A stretch of 64,000 bases of DNA from Amoebidium appalachense (GCA_963693365.1 CAVNZM010000003.1:3791106-3855105), one strand, 5' to 3'; positions 22,387 to 39,936 are shown, counted from the stretch's first letter. Notes: generated by a model from the letters alone, not told the origin. Translations and numbers: made by a program.

Positions 22387-24002
22387 ATGGCTTCCCGTGT
22401 GTCTGTCGGTCTTATCGGCCCCGGCTTGGTGGGCGGTGCTCTTTTGGAGCAGCTGGTGGCCCACCAGGTGAAACATGGCGAGAAATCGCTCGTGCGCGTG
22501 GCCGGCATCATCAACTCGAAGCAGATGCTTCTTCTTGGAAAGGTGTGTGCGTGACCAGGGCTCCCCCCTCTTCCCCACCTGCCGCCTGTGTGTTCTTGTG
22601 TTCTTTTAGCTGTCGTTATGTGCCAGTCTCCCCACCCCCCCCCCCCCTTCCTCCCCCTCACCTTCCTTCCCTTGGCCTCCTTCCTCAAAACCCCCCTCCC
22701 TCCCCCCCCCCTTCCCCCCCCCCCCCCCCTCCCCCCCCCCTCCTTGTATGACCCGATATATTTTACTGAAGCTGCTTGAATCCTTGTTCCGGTGTTTTAG
22801 GTTTCCGCAGATGCTCTACATGGAGTTTTGTATTGTATGCCGTCTGAACACCTACTCGATTACTCCTTCTATTGATCTGCCCGTCGCCTCCTTGCGCCGC
22901 CGCCTCACCCCCTCCAATATCACTGGGCTATGATGCAACACAGGGTCGTCTCGGATACCACATCTTTAGGAACAGCCAGTTCACTCTCAAGCTTGGATCA
23001 GTGCCAATAATTCCAAGGAGAACATTCTAGCGAACTATCATAAGCCGGTGACGCCCTATACGCTTGGACTTTCGTGTTGCTTCGGTCAAAATCAGGTAAC
23101 TAGGAGAGCGCATGGGAGGAGAGCCACCACCCCCTGAGAACATCACCAGCTGCTTGCATGCATACAGTACAAACATCCAGCTCACTTCTTGCAAAAATTA
23201 CTGTCTGCACGCCGCAGGACTCGTGGGAGCAGGAGGTGTCCAAGTGGGGCCAGGCGGGCTGTGCCCAGGCCGATATGTCAGCATTTATCGACCACCTTGC
23301 TGCACAGGTGTGTACTGTGGGCATGAAACACCCTCCTCTCACTGTGTGCATGAAACCCCTTTTCTATTTATAACCCTCCTCACGTGTACCAACACAACAC
23401 CCTCCACCCTTACTCTTTGTGTGTCCTCTTCCAGTTCACAAGTGGTTGCCCCCCCACCTCCCCCCCCTTCCCCTCGCCCCTCCCGTCTCACCTCACCCCA
23501 CCCCTGCCCCACCTCTCGCCCCACCCACCTACCCCACAGCACACACCACCAACACACACGTGTTTTCGTTCCTACTCCCCCCCCCCCCTCCCCCCCCCTT
23601 CCTTCCACCACTTCCACCCGACCCACCCAATTACATCCCTATACGCACCCCTATGCACATGTCTTCCCTGCTGCGGCGCCCCTCGTCTAATGTGTGGCCG
23701 TGCTGGAAAACGCAGCAAAACAACACATGCACACGAGGGGCTTCCACCGTTTCCAAAAACATAGACCGTGTAAACCAGCTTGACATGTGCACACGCACAT
23801 TCATCGATGACCCTCCTCCCTCTATGCGCACTTACACCCACATATTCCCTCACCTTTCAGACATGCACGCACGCACGCACATACATCCACACACACACGA
23901 ACACACACAATCATAGGCATGCACACACACACAGAATCACGCCCCCCCACAAACAAACACACCTACGTACACCGACTCCCTTCTTTCTCCCCCCCCACAC
24001 AG

Positions 24003-24034
<32 letters not shown>

Positions 24035-24271
24035 CCACACAAGTATACTCCCATCCGACCGACACACACACACACACACAAGTATTCTCCCGTCCCACTG
24101 ACACACGTGCGCGCGCACACACACCCGTACACACGTACACACGTACACACACACAGCCACACGGCATTGTAGTCGACTGCACCTCCAACGAGTCTGTAGC
24201 CAACAGCTACCCCTCGTGGATGCAAAAGGGTCTTCACATCGTCACCCCAAACAAGAAGGTTAGAACCCCTT

Positions 24272-24303
<32 letters not shown>

Positions 24304-25554
24304 CCTCTCTTCCCCCCGCCCGCCCGTCATGTGTTCTATTTGTGGTTTGCGTCATGAATGTGCACCCCGTACTCTATGATCTATTCTAACCCTCCTGTTG
24401 TCTCCTCCATATTACAACCCTCTACACAGTGGCCATCTACAATTATAGGGTCCCGCAACGGACGCCAGCCGCCTAATTAGACTTCGGCACAAATCTCCAG
24501 ATTGCATAAAATTAAAAAGCTCATTAAAGCATGAATATTGGTGCGCGATTGGCCAACAAACGATCGTTTGAATAAATCAATTAGGACTGAGATGTAGTAG
24601 ATTTCCGAATTGTTTTTGCTTTGTACCGGAAAACAAGTATAGCTATTGTTATTATCAACCCTCTAAAGCTTGCTCACGAAAGGTTTCATTATACAGTACT
24701 TTAGCTTAATCATTAATTACGTAAAGATGCATATAAGAATATAATAATATCTTAGATACGAATGTAGCTAAAAAGAAAAAGAAAAATAGCTCTTGGGTAA
24801 TTGAAGCGGCGCCGCAGCTCAGGGTTCCGCGAGGTGATCCGATTCGAACCCTGATCTACGGGATCTGAAGCTTGCGTGACTTGGAGTGGCAAGAGACAAC
24901 CAAAAGCAACCGTTAGGTTGTAAGTAGGGTTACTCAAAGCTTATAGACAAACACACCACTCTGGTTGGTGCATTATAACTGACATTTTTAGCAATTTAGT
25001 AGACTGCAATCCCTGTTTAAAATTTCTGCAGAAAGGAGAGCGAGCGAGATTTTTTTCTTCTGAGCTCGCAATGCTATAGCAAAACATGATCAATCTGATC
25101 ATAAGACCTATAGCTAGAATTAATCAAAAAACAAGAAAAAATAGTAAAAGCATATAGAGTACCTCAATATTTGTAGTTTACTTTGAAGTATAATGTTTGT
25201 TAGTTATTTTTTTGGGTTTCTTGAAATCCTTGTTTGCGGTTTTTAATGCCTCACGTGTTTTCGGTAGTACCAGATCTAGTACTGTTTATTAGAGGCAGCT
25301 GTCAGCTGATCTGATCAAACATTTTGCACCAGTCTCCGCCATGGCGGATCTGATTGGACAGCTTACGTCACTGTGCTAACGCATACATCACCCCCCCCCC
25401 TCCCCTCCTCCTCCTCCCCCCGGTACTGTGGATGACTTGGGGGTCCCCTCAGCATGGGCTTTGCTTGTTTTGTGCTTTACACTCTACAATGTGTTGTCCG
25501 TCATGAATGGTACTTCGTACTCTGCAACACATTGTAAACCTCCCTCCCTCTCCC

Positions 25555-25588
<34 letters not shown>

Positions 25589-25834
25589 TGTTGCATACTT
25601 GAATGTTTGCCTTGGCATGTGTCCTGCACCATGCTTCTCATCGTGTATGCGTACTTCGTACTGTTTCGATTTCAAACCCCCCTTCCCCCACCCCCACCCG
25701 CCCGCCCCCTTCACTTGAGCCTTTAGAATGGGCTATACTTATGATGCCTAGTCTTTTGTGCATGCACTCTTTTGCTAGGTGTGCATTGTGTTGTTCCGTC
25801 GTGGCTGTCTACTTCGTACTCTGTAACACCCACT

Positions 25835-25869
<35 letters not shown>

Positions 25870-26096
25870 CTCTTTCCCTTCCAACCCAGCTGAGAACCCT
25901 TCCCCAATCCCCGGCCCCTTGCTCCCTCCTTCACCCCCATGTCCTCCCCCCCCCCCCCCCCCCCTCCCCCCCCCCTCTCCCCCCTTTCTTTGCATGTCAA
26001 CAAAATAGCTCCACTCTTCTCTTAGAGTTTCATGTCTGCTGTTCCCCTCGGTTCGAACTCTTCCAACGGGAAGAACCGGAGGAGGGGGTGGGGGTG

Positions 26097-26132
<36 letters not shown>

Positions 26133-26217
26133 GGGGGGGATTCCAGGGTGAATAATGTATCAAGCAAATGTTTCCCATCGTACTTTATATGCCCATTCTC
26201 CTAGATGAGCCGTGCCT

Positions 26218-26255
<38 letters not shown>

Positions 26256-26550
26256 CCAGCTTCCTTTTTGACGCATTCAAATCCCCCCCCCCCCCCCCCC
26301 CGTCCAACTTTCTCCCCACGCATGGTCCACGTAACTAACCTCTGGAGTTTCTCTTCAATGTTTCCACATTGAAAGTGGTTATATCTAGAGTAGTATATCC
26401 CAATTTCCTAACCTTTGCAAACTTTGCAGGGATTTTCCGGCGATCTGAAGCTGTTCCGTGAGATCATGGCTCTGAATGCCTCCAAGAAGGCATTTGCCTA
26501 CCACGAGGCTACCGTGGGAGCTGGCCTGGTATGAAACCTTCACCCTCCCC

Positions 26551-26605
<55 letters not shown>

Positions 26606-26642
26606 TGTGTGTGTGTGTGTGTGTGTGTGTGAGAAAGAGAGA

Positions 26643-26677
<35 letters not shown>

Positions 26678-27065
26678 GAGAGAGAGAGAGAGAGAGACCA
26701 ACACATACACATACACACATTCACTCACACGTTCACACACACACACAGAGAGAGAGATAGAGAGAGGAGAGAGAGAACTATTATTCCTGTGGTGGTTACT
26801 AAGGGGAGAAGGTGGTTACTGAGGAAGAGGGGGTAAAGGCTGGGTGGGTGGGAGGAGGGCAAGGCGGAGAGTTTCAGTATTCCGAAATGCAGCCCCGGAG
26901 ATAACACACACAACCCACACAAAGACAGACACACCCGCAAGCACCATGCTCCTTGTGGTGTGCACGTCTTTGTATTGCGCAGTGTGCAGCACTGCCTAAC
27001 AACCCCCCCCCCCCCCCCCCCCCCCCCTTACCCTCGACATGCACACACACACACATACACGCACG

Positions 27066-27108
<43 letters not shown>

Positions 27109-27797
27109 CCCGTCATCAGCACCCTCAACAGTCTTGTGAGGACTGGTGACGAGATTGTGCGTATCGAGGGCATCTTTTCCGGTGCGTACCTGCTCTGTAA
27201 TTGGTTAAAGGTCATGCCGCTCTATGCCTTTCTGTGATTTCTGGGATGTTGTTACGCAACAATCACACCAACGTTTGCAGAATATTAAATTACCTTTAAG
27301 CAACCATTATAATCACGCCCTCTGGTGGTTTAGGCTCTTTGCAGCTCCACCAACCATACCACTATTTTATATTTTACATCATCAATCAACAGTCACATTC
27401 TATTTTTCATATCCCACCAATCCCACCAATAACACACCTACTATTGTATTTTTACACCACCATATCACCACTCCCAGGCACAGTTTTATCCCCCATTATT
27501 TCCAAATTTTAACACCACCAATACCGTTATCACGTCTATCCCTCTAAGCGTTTCTCTAGATCAGATGTTTATGACAAATCCACCAATGACGCAACTATTT
27601 AAAAATCTAACGCCACCAATCACCAGGCACCATGTCTTTCCTCTTCAACTCGTTCTCCAGCCCATCGGGTGCCTCCCCCCTCCCCTTCAGTCAGTGGGTT
27701 CAGACTGCAAAGGCAAACGGCTACACTGAGCCCGACCCACGCGATGACTTGAACGGCATGGATGTGGCTAGAAAGGTGTGTGTGTGTGTGTGGATGT

Positions 27798-27830
<33 letters not shown>

Positions 27831-27857
27831 TGGGTGTGGGGGGGGGGGGGGGGATGG

Positions 27858-27888
<31 letters not shown>

Positions 27889-28154
27889 GGGGGTGTGCGG
27901 GTGGGGGCGGGGATGGGCGGGTGGTGGGTGAGTGGGTAGGTGTTTTTTTGTGTTTGTGTGTGTGTGTGGGGGGGGGGGGGGGGGGAGATAGGGGGGCATA
28001 AGTGTGGTGGGGGGTGGGTGGGTTGGTGGGTGTGTTTTCCATGATGTGGATGGGTGAAGGATGGGGGGGGGGGGGATGGTTATGTGTGTGTGTGTGTGTT
28101 TGTGTGTGCCGTGCATGTATATATCTATGTGTGCGGGTGCGGGTGCGTGTCGCG

Positions 28155-28208
<54 letters not shown>

Positions 28209-28471
28209 CCGTGCATGCAAGTGGATGTCTGTGCTTGCCCTTCCCTTTTATATGTGCACGTTTATGAAAAACTACCTGAACGAAAGATCACTGTGGTTCT
28301 TTTTTCTTGCCTTTCTTTGGGGTTTCTTTTTTTACACCTTGTGAATGGGGAAGAGTTTGAGGTCGTGCAGTTGACTGTGGCTGTACAAGGGATGGGTTTG
28401 GGGAGGTGGTGGTGGTGGTGGGGGGGGCATTATTGGCGATGTGTGGTTTCGGTGGTGGCGGTTGTTGGTAG

Positions 28472-28502
<31 letters not shown>

Positions 28503-28809
28503 ATTTTTAGTTATTTTTATTTATTTATTTATTTATTTTTGTGTGTGTGGGGGGGGGGGGGGGGGGGGGGGGGGGCGGAGGGGGGGAGATTATGCAAATA
28601 GTTTTGCTACTTGTTTTTCATTGCAATTTTTCCTATTCCGATCTCTATCTTTTGAGGCATTCATCCATGCCACATTTATGGTTATGCATGCACACATCTC
28701 ATTGGCTGTTGCTAGGTGGTGATTCTTGGCCGTGTCAGTGGTCTTGACTTGACTCTGGACACCCTCAAAGTCCAAAACGTCGTCCCCGAGCCTCTGCAGG
28801 TCCGTCCCC

Positions 28810-28845
<36 letters not shown>

Positions 28846-30139
28846 TCCCCACCCCAAACACACGAGCGTGCCCGTGCATGCGCACACATGCATGCACCCA
28901 CACGCGTGGGCGGCGACTGGGCGCGCGCACGCACACACACACAAACACGCACACACACACAAACACACACAACACAAATTAACACCACAAACTTCACCCT
29001 CACTGTTCTCAGCCTTCTACCAAGCCCATTTTTCGTCCTTTCCCGCTCCAATTTTTGAACGCAAAATTTTTATTTCCAGGATGATATTTTGTATATGTGT
29101 TGCCTATCTAACGCTTGGTATTTTCCATCCCAAAGATGGGGCCACAGCCACAGCCGATGAGTTCATGCAGATAGAAAATGTGTGATTTGTGCTGTGACTA
29201 TCTCACACTTGGTAGATTCTTTGTCAATACGGTGCCATATCATCCACTACATGTAATTTTCAAACCTCGATTCGCGTAATATGTTTCGCAATATCTCACG
29301 CTTGGTAAATCTTCGCCACTACCAAGTCATATCCTCTACAGCAAAATAGAATTTCCATGATGAAATTTGCGTAATTTGTATCGCAATATCTCATCCTTGG
29401 TATATCCCACATATCAGGCCGTTGCCACAGCCGACGAGTTCATGCAGCGCCTGCCCGAGTTTGACGACTACTTTGCTAAGTTGAACGCTGACGCAGCGGC
29501 ACGGGGGGAGGTATGTGCACACAGTGGCCGGATACATGTTCAATTTAATTTATTCAGGATGTCTATATTTTTGAAGGACAATTTGGGGTTTATATAGTTT
29601 GGCGTACAGTATCGTAAATGCACACAGTGACGGGGTATAAATATGCTTGTAATATAAATGTGATGGTGCATGGTCCCCCCCCCCCCCCCCCCCCCCTGCT
29701 TATGACGCATACTGTGCGCATGGCTGATGATGTTGCATACTTGAATGTTTGCCTTTGCATGTGTCCTGCACCATGCTTCTCATCGTGTATGCGTACTTCG
29801 TACCGTGTTCCGCATTCAACCCCCCTCCCCCCCCCCCTGGGTGGCCCGCCCGCCCGCCCGCCCGCCCGCCTATTTTTCCCTCCGGGCCTTACCTGCTTGA
29901 GTTGTTTGTGTTTGGCGAATATGGCGTCCTGCTTCTGTTACCTGCCTCCAACCCCCCCCCCCCCCCCCCTCCCCCCCCCCCCACCACCACCACCACCACC
30001 CACTTCTTCAAAACACACACACACCCCAACCCCAACCCCCCAACCCCCCTCCCTTCCCTTTTTTTTTCCCCTTGTTTTTTTTCCTCATAGTTTGTAATGT
30101 GTTGCCGGTCGTGAAAGTGTACTCTGTAACAGTCCAACC

Positions 30140-30180
<41 letters not shown>

Positions 30181-30333
30181 CGCTCCGCTCCGCTCCCCGT
30201 TTTGACCTCTCATTCATGTGTGATTGTGTATCTGCGGGTGAACTTGTTTCTGTGCTTACATTTCCTCCTTTCAGGTCCTCCGCTATGTGGGCGTTGTGGA
30301 TGGCGCAGGCGTATCGGCAGCCGAGCTCCGAAG

Positions 30334-30399
<66 letters not shown>

Positions 30400-30571
30400 C
30401 TGATACAAACACCGGCACATGCACACACACACACACACACACACACAGATACACACACACATCGGCACACACACACCTGCACACACACACACACATAAAC
30501 ACACACCTACACGTACTTACTTCCATCCTTTTTTTTGGTTTTCTGTTTTCTTTGTATTCTCCTTGCTGTGC

Positions 30572-30613
<42 letters not shown>

Positions 30614-30988
30614 AAGAAAAAAAAAAAGAAAAAAAAAAAAAAGAAGAAAAAAAATAGACAGGGAGTATCTGAGCTGGTTTTGCATGCTTAGAGGAGTTTC
30701 TTTTAGGCGTATTTATGGGCCCTTTCGGGTCGGGCCAAAATGCTGTTTGGTGCGGATCTAGCCAATCACAAAGTGTAGATTGCTTCAGTTCTGCCCTTAC
30801 CCGGATTCCTATAAGAAAGAAAACTCCCTTTAGTATATGGGTTGCATCTCGAGTACTGTATATGACTTGGCTCCGTCCTGAGAATGGGTCCTGCTAATGG
30901 CGCATACTCTCCATGTATGCTTTGCAATCTGCATTGTCTTGTTCGTTGTGAATTGATATACTTCTTTCTCTATAGCACATTTTAACGC

Positions 30989-31030
<42 letters not shown>

Positions 31031-31107
31031 CCCCTCCCCCTCTCTCAAAGACAAACACACACACACACACGCGCGCGCGCACACACACACACACCACGCA
31101 CACACAC

Positions 31108-31154
<47 letters not shown>

Positions 31155-31186
31155 CACACACACACACCCCACACACACACGCACCT

Positions 31187-31222
<36 letters not shown>

Positions 31223-31529
31223 TCCTTCCCCCCCACCCCCACCCCACCCCCTCCCCCCGCCCCCCCTCCCCATTAAAAAAAAAAAACACACACACACACA
31301 CCAACAAACAAATAAACAAACAAACACATCAACAAAAAAAAACCAAAACACATACAGCTACCCATACAGCCACCCGTTTGCCAGCCTCAAGGGGTCTGAC
31401 AACATCATTGCCTTCACCACAAAGCGTTACCCCAACCCCCTCATCGTCCAGGGGGCGGGCGCAGGCGCCCAGGTTACGGCAGCGGGTATTTTCAGCGATA
31501 TCCTGACGATCGCCGATCGCGTCTTGTAA
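22387..31529 (+). CDS. HOM6: Homoserine dehydrogenase (monofunctional, fungal HOM6 type)
   Basis: Exons 22387-22542, 23218-23307, 24157-24258, 26430-26528, 27109-27181, 27627-27775, 28716-28799, 29418-29510, 30275-30333, 31358-31529; probable 5'UTR intron 22051-22382. Motifs: GLIGPGLVG (Rossmann), VVDCTS, HIVTPNKK, YHEATVGAGLPVI, IEGIFSGT, GYTEPDPRDDLNGMDVARK, LKGSDNII, QGAGAG. Confidence 0.96.
25490..25835 (-). repeat. Copies of the dispersed intronic repeat
   Basis: TGTTGCATACTTGAATGTTTGCC...GTACTTCGTAC...TTCAAACCCC plus flanking partial units in HOM6 intron 3. Confidence 0.8.
29697..29820 (-). repeat. Copy of the dispersed intronic repeat
   Basis: Near-identical reverse complement of 2367-2492; lies in HOM6 intron 8, flanked by poly-C runs. 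Confidence 0.9.
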
Positions 31530-32627
31530 ATTTGTAATCAGAAAAAAGGAATTTATGCTAGTGCATATAGGAATACATAATGTGTATGTGGTGTGTTAAT
31601 TGTGTCTTATAGCGCAAGTTGGCGAAATTGGGAAATTTGGGATGGTGTGCCTTCTTGGTGTGCCGTCTTGGTGCCACCGTATATATGGTGGAGGAAAACA
31701 GATTGTGACTGAAAATCTGTTTTCTTTATGTTTTTATGTTCGCACCCCCGATGAATGGCCTGAGACTGATGGCCCTTGAGTTGAATTTCAGCTTTGTGTT
31801 AATCGTCGTTTCGCTTGGCTAGCCCATGCTGGATAACGAATAAGTGTACACTGTGGTGTATTGCTGTCTAATAAAACCGAGAAGTCAAACTGAAGATTGG
31901 ACTGATGGAATTGTAAATTTCAAACAAGAGAACCGGTTGTAGTGCACAAATGGCAGCGAATCTGCAGCGCTAGCTGCAAAGAGAGTCAGAGAGGTAGCCT
32001 GGGGTGTTGGGGGAGGGGGGAGTGAGTGAGTGAGAGAAGAGAGAAGGGGGGGGGGGGAAGAGGAAGAAAAATGTAACAAGAGAGAGAGAGAGAGGGGGGG
32101 GGGGGGGGGGGCGCGAGGAGGAGAAAGAGTCAGACCACACGACGCGCGCGCACACACACATGTACACGTTGTATACCCACGCATTCATTGCCGAGCTCGA
32201 GCTCATTCCTCTACATGTGCACTGAATTGGGCATCAAGTAACACTGGCAACACTCCCCTCGTGACATGTTCTCTATCTGAGTGAAGTCATCGATATCTCA
32301 GCTGACGTGCACGTCGCAACTGTGCATTCGAATTCCAGCGGCATTGCGAACAAGTGCAAAGCGCCACTGGCCGACTCATACGGTGCCATCGGAATATTAG
32401 AAATGGGGCTGCATTTATTCTGATATGTACATGGGGGGGTTTACGCTGTTTACTCGAGGCAAAGAGAACCAGTCTCAGGTATGGGGGGGTTTTGCTCGGA
32501 ATATCCCCTCAGCGGTATATCATGATCACGTACATAGATGTCGGGTGGTGACTATATATCAGGGTTTACTTTCTCTACGAGACACCATAAAGACTACAAG
32601 GAGAAATCAATTTAGTTGGGGTTCCCC

Positions 32628-32667
<40 letters not shown>

Positions 32668-32711
32668 ATTTTTTTAAAGGGGCTCCCCTTGGGACACTCG
32701 GTATCAGCTGG

Positions 32712-32750
<39 letters not shown>

Positions 32751-33168
32751 TCACGGTGTGTGTGTGTTTGTGTGTGTGTGTGCGCTATAATTTTGTAGTG
32801 ATGTGTTTCTCAAGCCAATCAATACATCTAATAAACAGGTCGTAGTTACGCGTGTTTAGTATAAAATCAAGGATGTTGTAATTTACAGGTAGGCTATCTT
32901 TCTGGGTGTCTGTTGTGAATGTGACGTGTGTGTGTTGCGGTATTATGTGGTCTATCAAACTACATTTGGCATACATTATATATATAAGCACCCACTTCGT
33001 CAGGGGGAAAGGGGGGAAATATTATTAATCCACGATGATGAAAAAGTAAAAAATTCAGATGCAAAAACCATAATGAGTAAACTTCTTCGGTGCATCAGCT
33101 GACGGGGACGCACAAAGCCTCTGAGCTCGAGATAGAGAGAGAGAGGGAGAGGGGGGGGGGGGGGGGGT

Positions 33169-33410
33169 TTTGAATGCGTCAAAAAGTACGAAGTACACAA
33201 GAACAAACGGATAACACGATGCAGAATGCAAGCCATACATAAAGAGTATGCATAATAAGCAGAGCCCATCCTCAGGGGGGGCCCACGTCATCCACAGTAC
33301 CCGAGTTTCGACCTATTCCCCTCGTTAACGAAACCCAACTCAGATACTGTTTCACTTGAACATGAGTAGGTCACCCGTCTTGATCAGAGACGAGCAGGGT
33401 TGCTTATGCA
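33169..33410 (+). repeat. Full-length copy of the dispersed repeat
   Basis: Aligns with 1717-1975, including AGAGCCCATCCTCAGGG, GAGTTTCGACC and CCCGTCTTGATCA.AGACGAGCAGGGTTGCTTATGCA. Confidence 0.85.
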
Positions 33411-33520
33411 GGCAAGGGCAGTGGGAAAGGCCGGGGGTTAAAGTTGCAGCAGTAAGCAGAAGCAAGAAAAATATAGATAGGAACTCAGGAGACGGGGCTT
33501 CTAGGAACTGGGGGGGGGGG

Positions 33521-33562
<42 letters not shown>

Positions 33563-33891
33563 GGGAGGGAGGGAGGGAGGGGGAGAGAGAGAGAGAGACA
33601 GAGAGAGACCAGCAACTTCATCGGATATCCGGTACACTCCATCAACATCCAGAATCTCATATATACACTAAGCTAATGGAAATGTTCAGTAAATGTGTGC
33701 CAGTATCTGTAACCATTAAACCGTTGATGATATCTGCCCATGCCTTTTGAAGGCAATCCTTCGGCGTAATTTAAGTTTTCAACACACTCACTCCCTATAC
33801 TACTTTTTATTGATCTCTTTCAATAATTACATATACGTTGCTTCCACCCAGGGCCAACACCATAGTACATATGTAGAAAACGACGCTACGC

Positions 33892-33983
<92 letters not shown>

Positions 33984-34086
33984 ATATTTGCCTGTTTGTT
34001 ATTTTTTTTTTTTTACTACATAGTAAGTACTATCACCATCATTGTTATTTTAGCGGCCCCGATTATATAATTATACCTAATTCCTT

Positions 34087-37369
<3,283 letters not shown>

Positions 37370-39694
37370 TGGATTGATCGGGGATGCATAGTCGGAAGAC
37401 GAAAGCACTAAGCGAGGGAGGCACTGAAAACAACGAAACGTAAAGAGGAATCGAGGTGCAAAATCGTCCTAATATGGCAAAGTTTTTTGTGATTGCTCGA
37501 GGATGTCATGTTTACGATCGAGGATTACTAATAGGAAAGCCGCTGATTGGCTCGCTATGAACAAGGATGCCATGCATGGAAAACTCGGAATGTAATTAGG
37601 AATCGAGGTGTGTGGCTGATTGCTCGAGGATGTAATGAGATTGATCGAGGATGACTAATGGGAAACTGAATTATCTCATGAGCCACTGAAAACAAGACGT
37701 CGCAAAACATGTTTTCCAGCCCCGTGGCGGTAAAGCGTGTCGTTGTCAGTACATGTCTATGAACGTAGCTGAAACAGAATTGCAAGCGGCAGCGGTGGAG
37801 AATGTGTGTAGGCCGCCTTTATGTTGTTTTTGCAAGGTTTATTGGCTCGACCGCTGACCGGCCGCCGTGCTGTTTTTATGGGTACCTCGGAACTATGCAT
37901 TTGTAGAATTTATCGAGGATCCTACTACTACACATATCACGCTAGATCGCCGATCGCGATTTGATTATCAGCGATTGCAATCCGATTGGGCCCGATTACG
38001 CCCGATTCAACACTACGAGCTCATCTGCAGCTGTTCAAAGGCCCTATGTGCAGAATGCACTGCGCAAAGAAGGCGTCCTCCTTCTTTCTATATTTGGTAA
38101 TACAAGTCTATACAGAGAGAAATATACCGTTATGGCCCTCTACAAGTAATGGCCACGTGCTAATACACTCTCTCCCTTTGTGATCGATATCTCTTCTGAG
38201 CGCGAGCTCAGAGCCCTGTTCGATCGATTATCGAGCCAAGATGACATCACAATGACGTACATTCCATTGTTCGCAAAACCCAGTCATCTTAGAATTCGAA
38301 TTTCCCAATAAGTCTAATTAGATCGTGCCGGAGATGATTTTGAATATTTTCGAATGTAAATATATTTATATATAAGTCGTCCTTATCCTGGTGATATGAG
38401 ATGCCATGACCTGAGAGATAATTTAGAATATTGTATTATTCTTATCAGTGCCAAGCTTCGTCATCTTCTTCTTAGAATATTCCTGATTCTTCTTAGTGTA
38501 ACTTTTAGTGTAACCTTCTTGCACGTTGGTGCGTACTCAATTTCTATTGGCTATCGTAATCTATGCCCCGAGTATATAAATCGCCACATGCATTCAGTCA
38601 TTCAGTCCAGTCAACTTGATCAGTCAGTCCGAGTCACAGCCAGCCAAGTTCCTCTACCCCCATGGCCAAGTACAGCAGCTTCAAGACGTCACTGCAAGGC
38701 TTCAAGGAGAAGTGTCTTCAACATGCAACAGCGAGACTCTGGCTATGACTATAACACTGTGACTGTACACTTCTACATGTTAGACTACAGTACTCTATTC
38801 TTTTCTTTCGTTCTCACAAGTTATAATTCGAATTTACATGCATAGATAAATTGAATATAAATAGATATACTCTCACTTCTGGTCATGAAATACAGCTAAG
38901 GAAAAATGGGTATAAGAGTTCACACTCTTATCCAGCCACGTTGATAGAGTGTATTGCGCACACTCACGCGGCTAGCCTTTCCTAGATAGCTGAATAAACG
39001 TTCCAAGTAAGGCTAATAACTAACTAATAATTGCTCGCTCTTGCTTCTGCTTCTTTGCATATCTGCATGTTTACTAGGTGCCACACATAACACAAACACG
39101 TACATTTTAACCTCTTGACGCGCATGAGAACATACACAGCACACACAAATATGTGGTTATACTATGCCCAGCACTCTTATCACACGCTTCCACATGTAAA
39201 CACGCTTCCACACACCTCCCATAAACAGTAGCACAAAACATAACCACGTGCCAGTGTAGCCATGTGCGTGAGCAGTGGGCTCTAGCCATAAGACAGACAA
39301 AGGGCCCCGCCTTTAGGACTTGCATGGGGGTTGAAAAACAGTACTAGTAGTCACAGCTGTACATGCAGATTTGCCAAAAGTTCATGAGGAAAGCAGTTTG
39401 AGGGGAAGGAAATCAAGCTTAAGGCCTTGATTATTATATATTAGGGAATTCATATGCATGCATTATGTTTGACCAACATCAGGTAGCTAGACAACTGGCA
39501 TGCGCGCATGATACCTTATAGCAAGGGCAAACCAGCTTAACACAATTACAACGTTGGCCCCTAGTAGGCCTATTCGCAAACACACATGTAGAGCAGCACC
39601 GTGCTAACATCATGCCAGATCGATCAACATTATAATTATAAATTCAAACAAGTTCAAGTTTGAATCGGTACACTGCAGTACTGGCTCCAAACTG

Positions 39695-39748
<54 letters not shown>

Positions 39749-39791
39749 CGACGTGGCACACACACACACACACACACACACCGGTACCGTG

Positions 39792-39824
<33 letters not shown>

Positions 39825-39896
39825 GGCACACACGCATGCGCAATTGCAACACATGTACACACATGTACACAACACAGTACACACCGGTACCGTCAG

Positions 39897-39936
<40 letters not shown>

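Noticed and set aside
38396-38845. 149-aa ORF between the paralogs
   Set aside because: Runs through AT-rich TATA-containing sequence with no domain features; the internal promoter-like layout argues against it.
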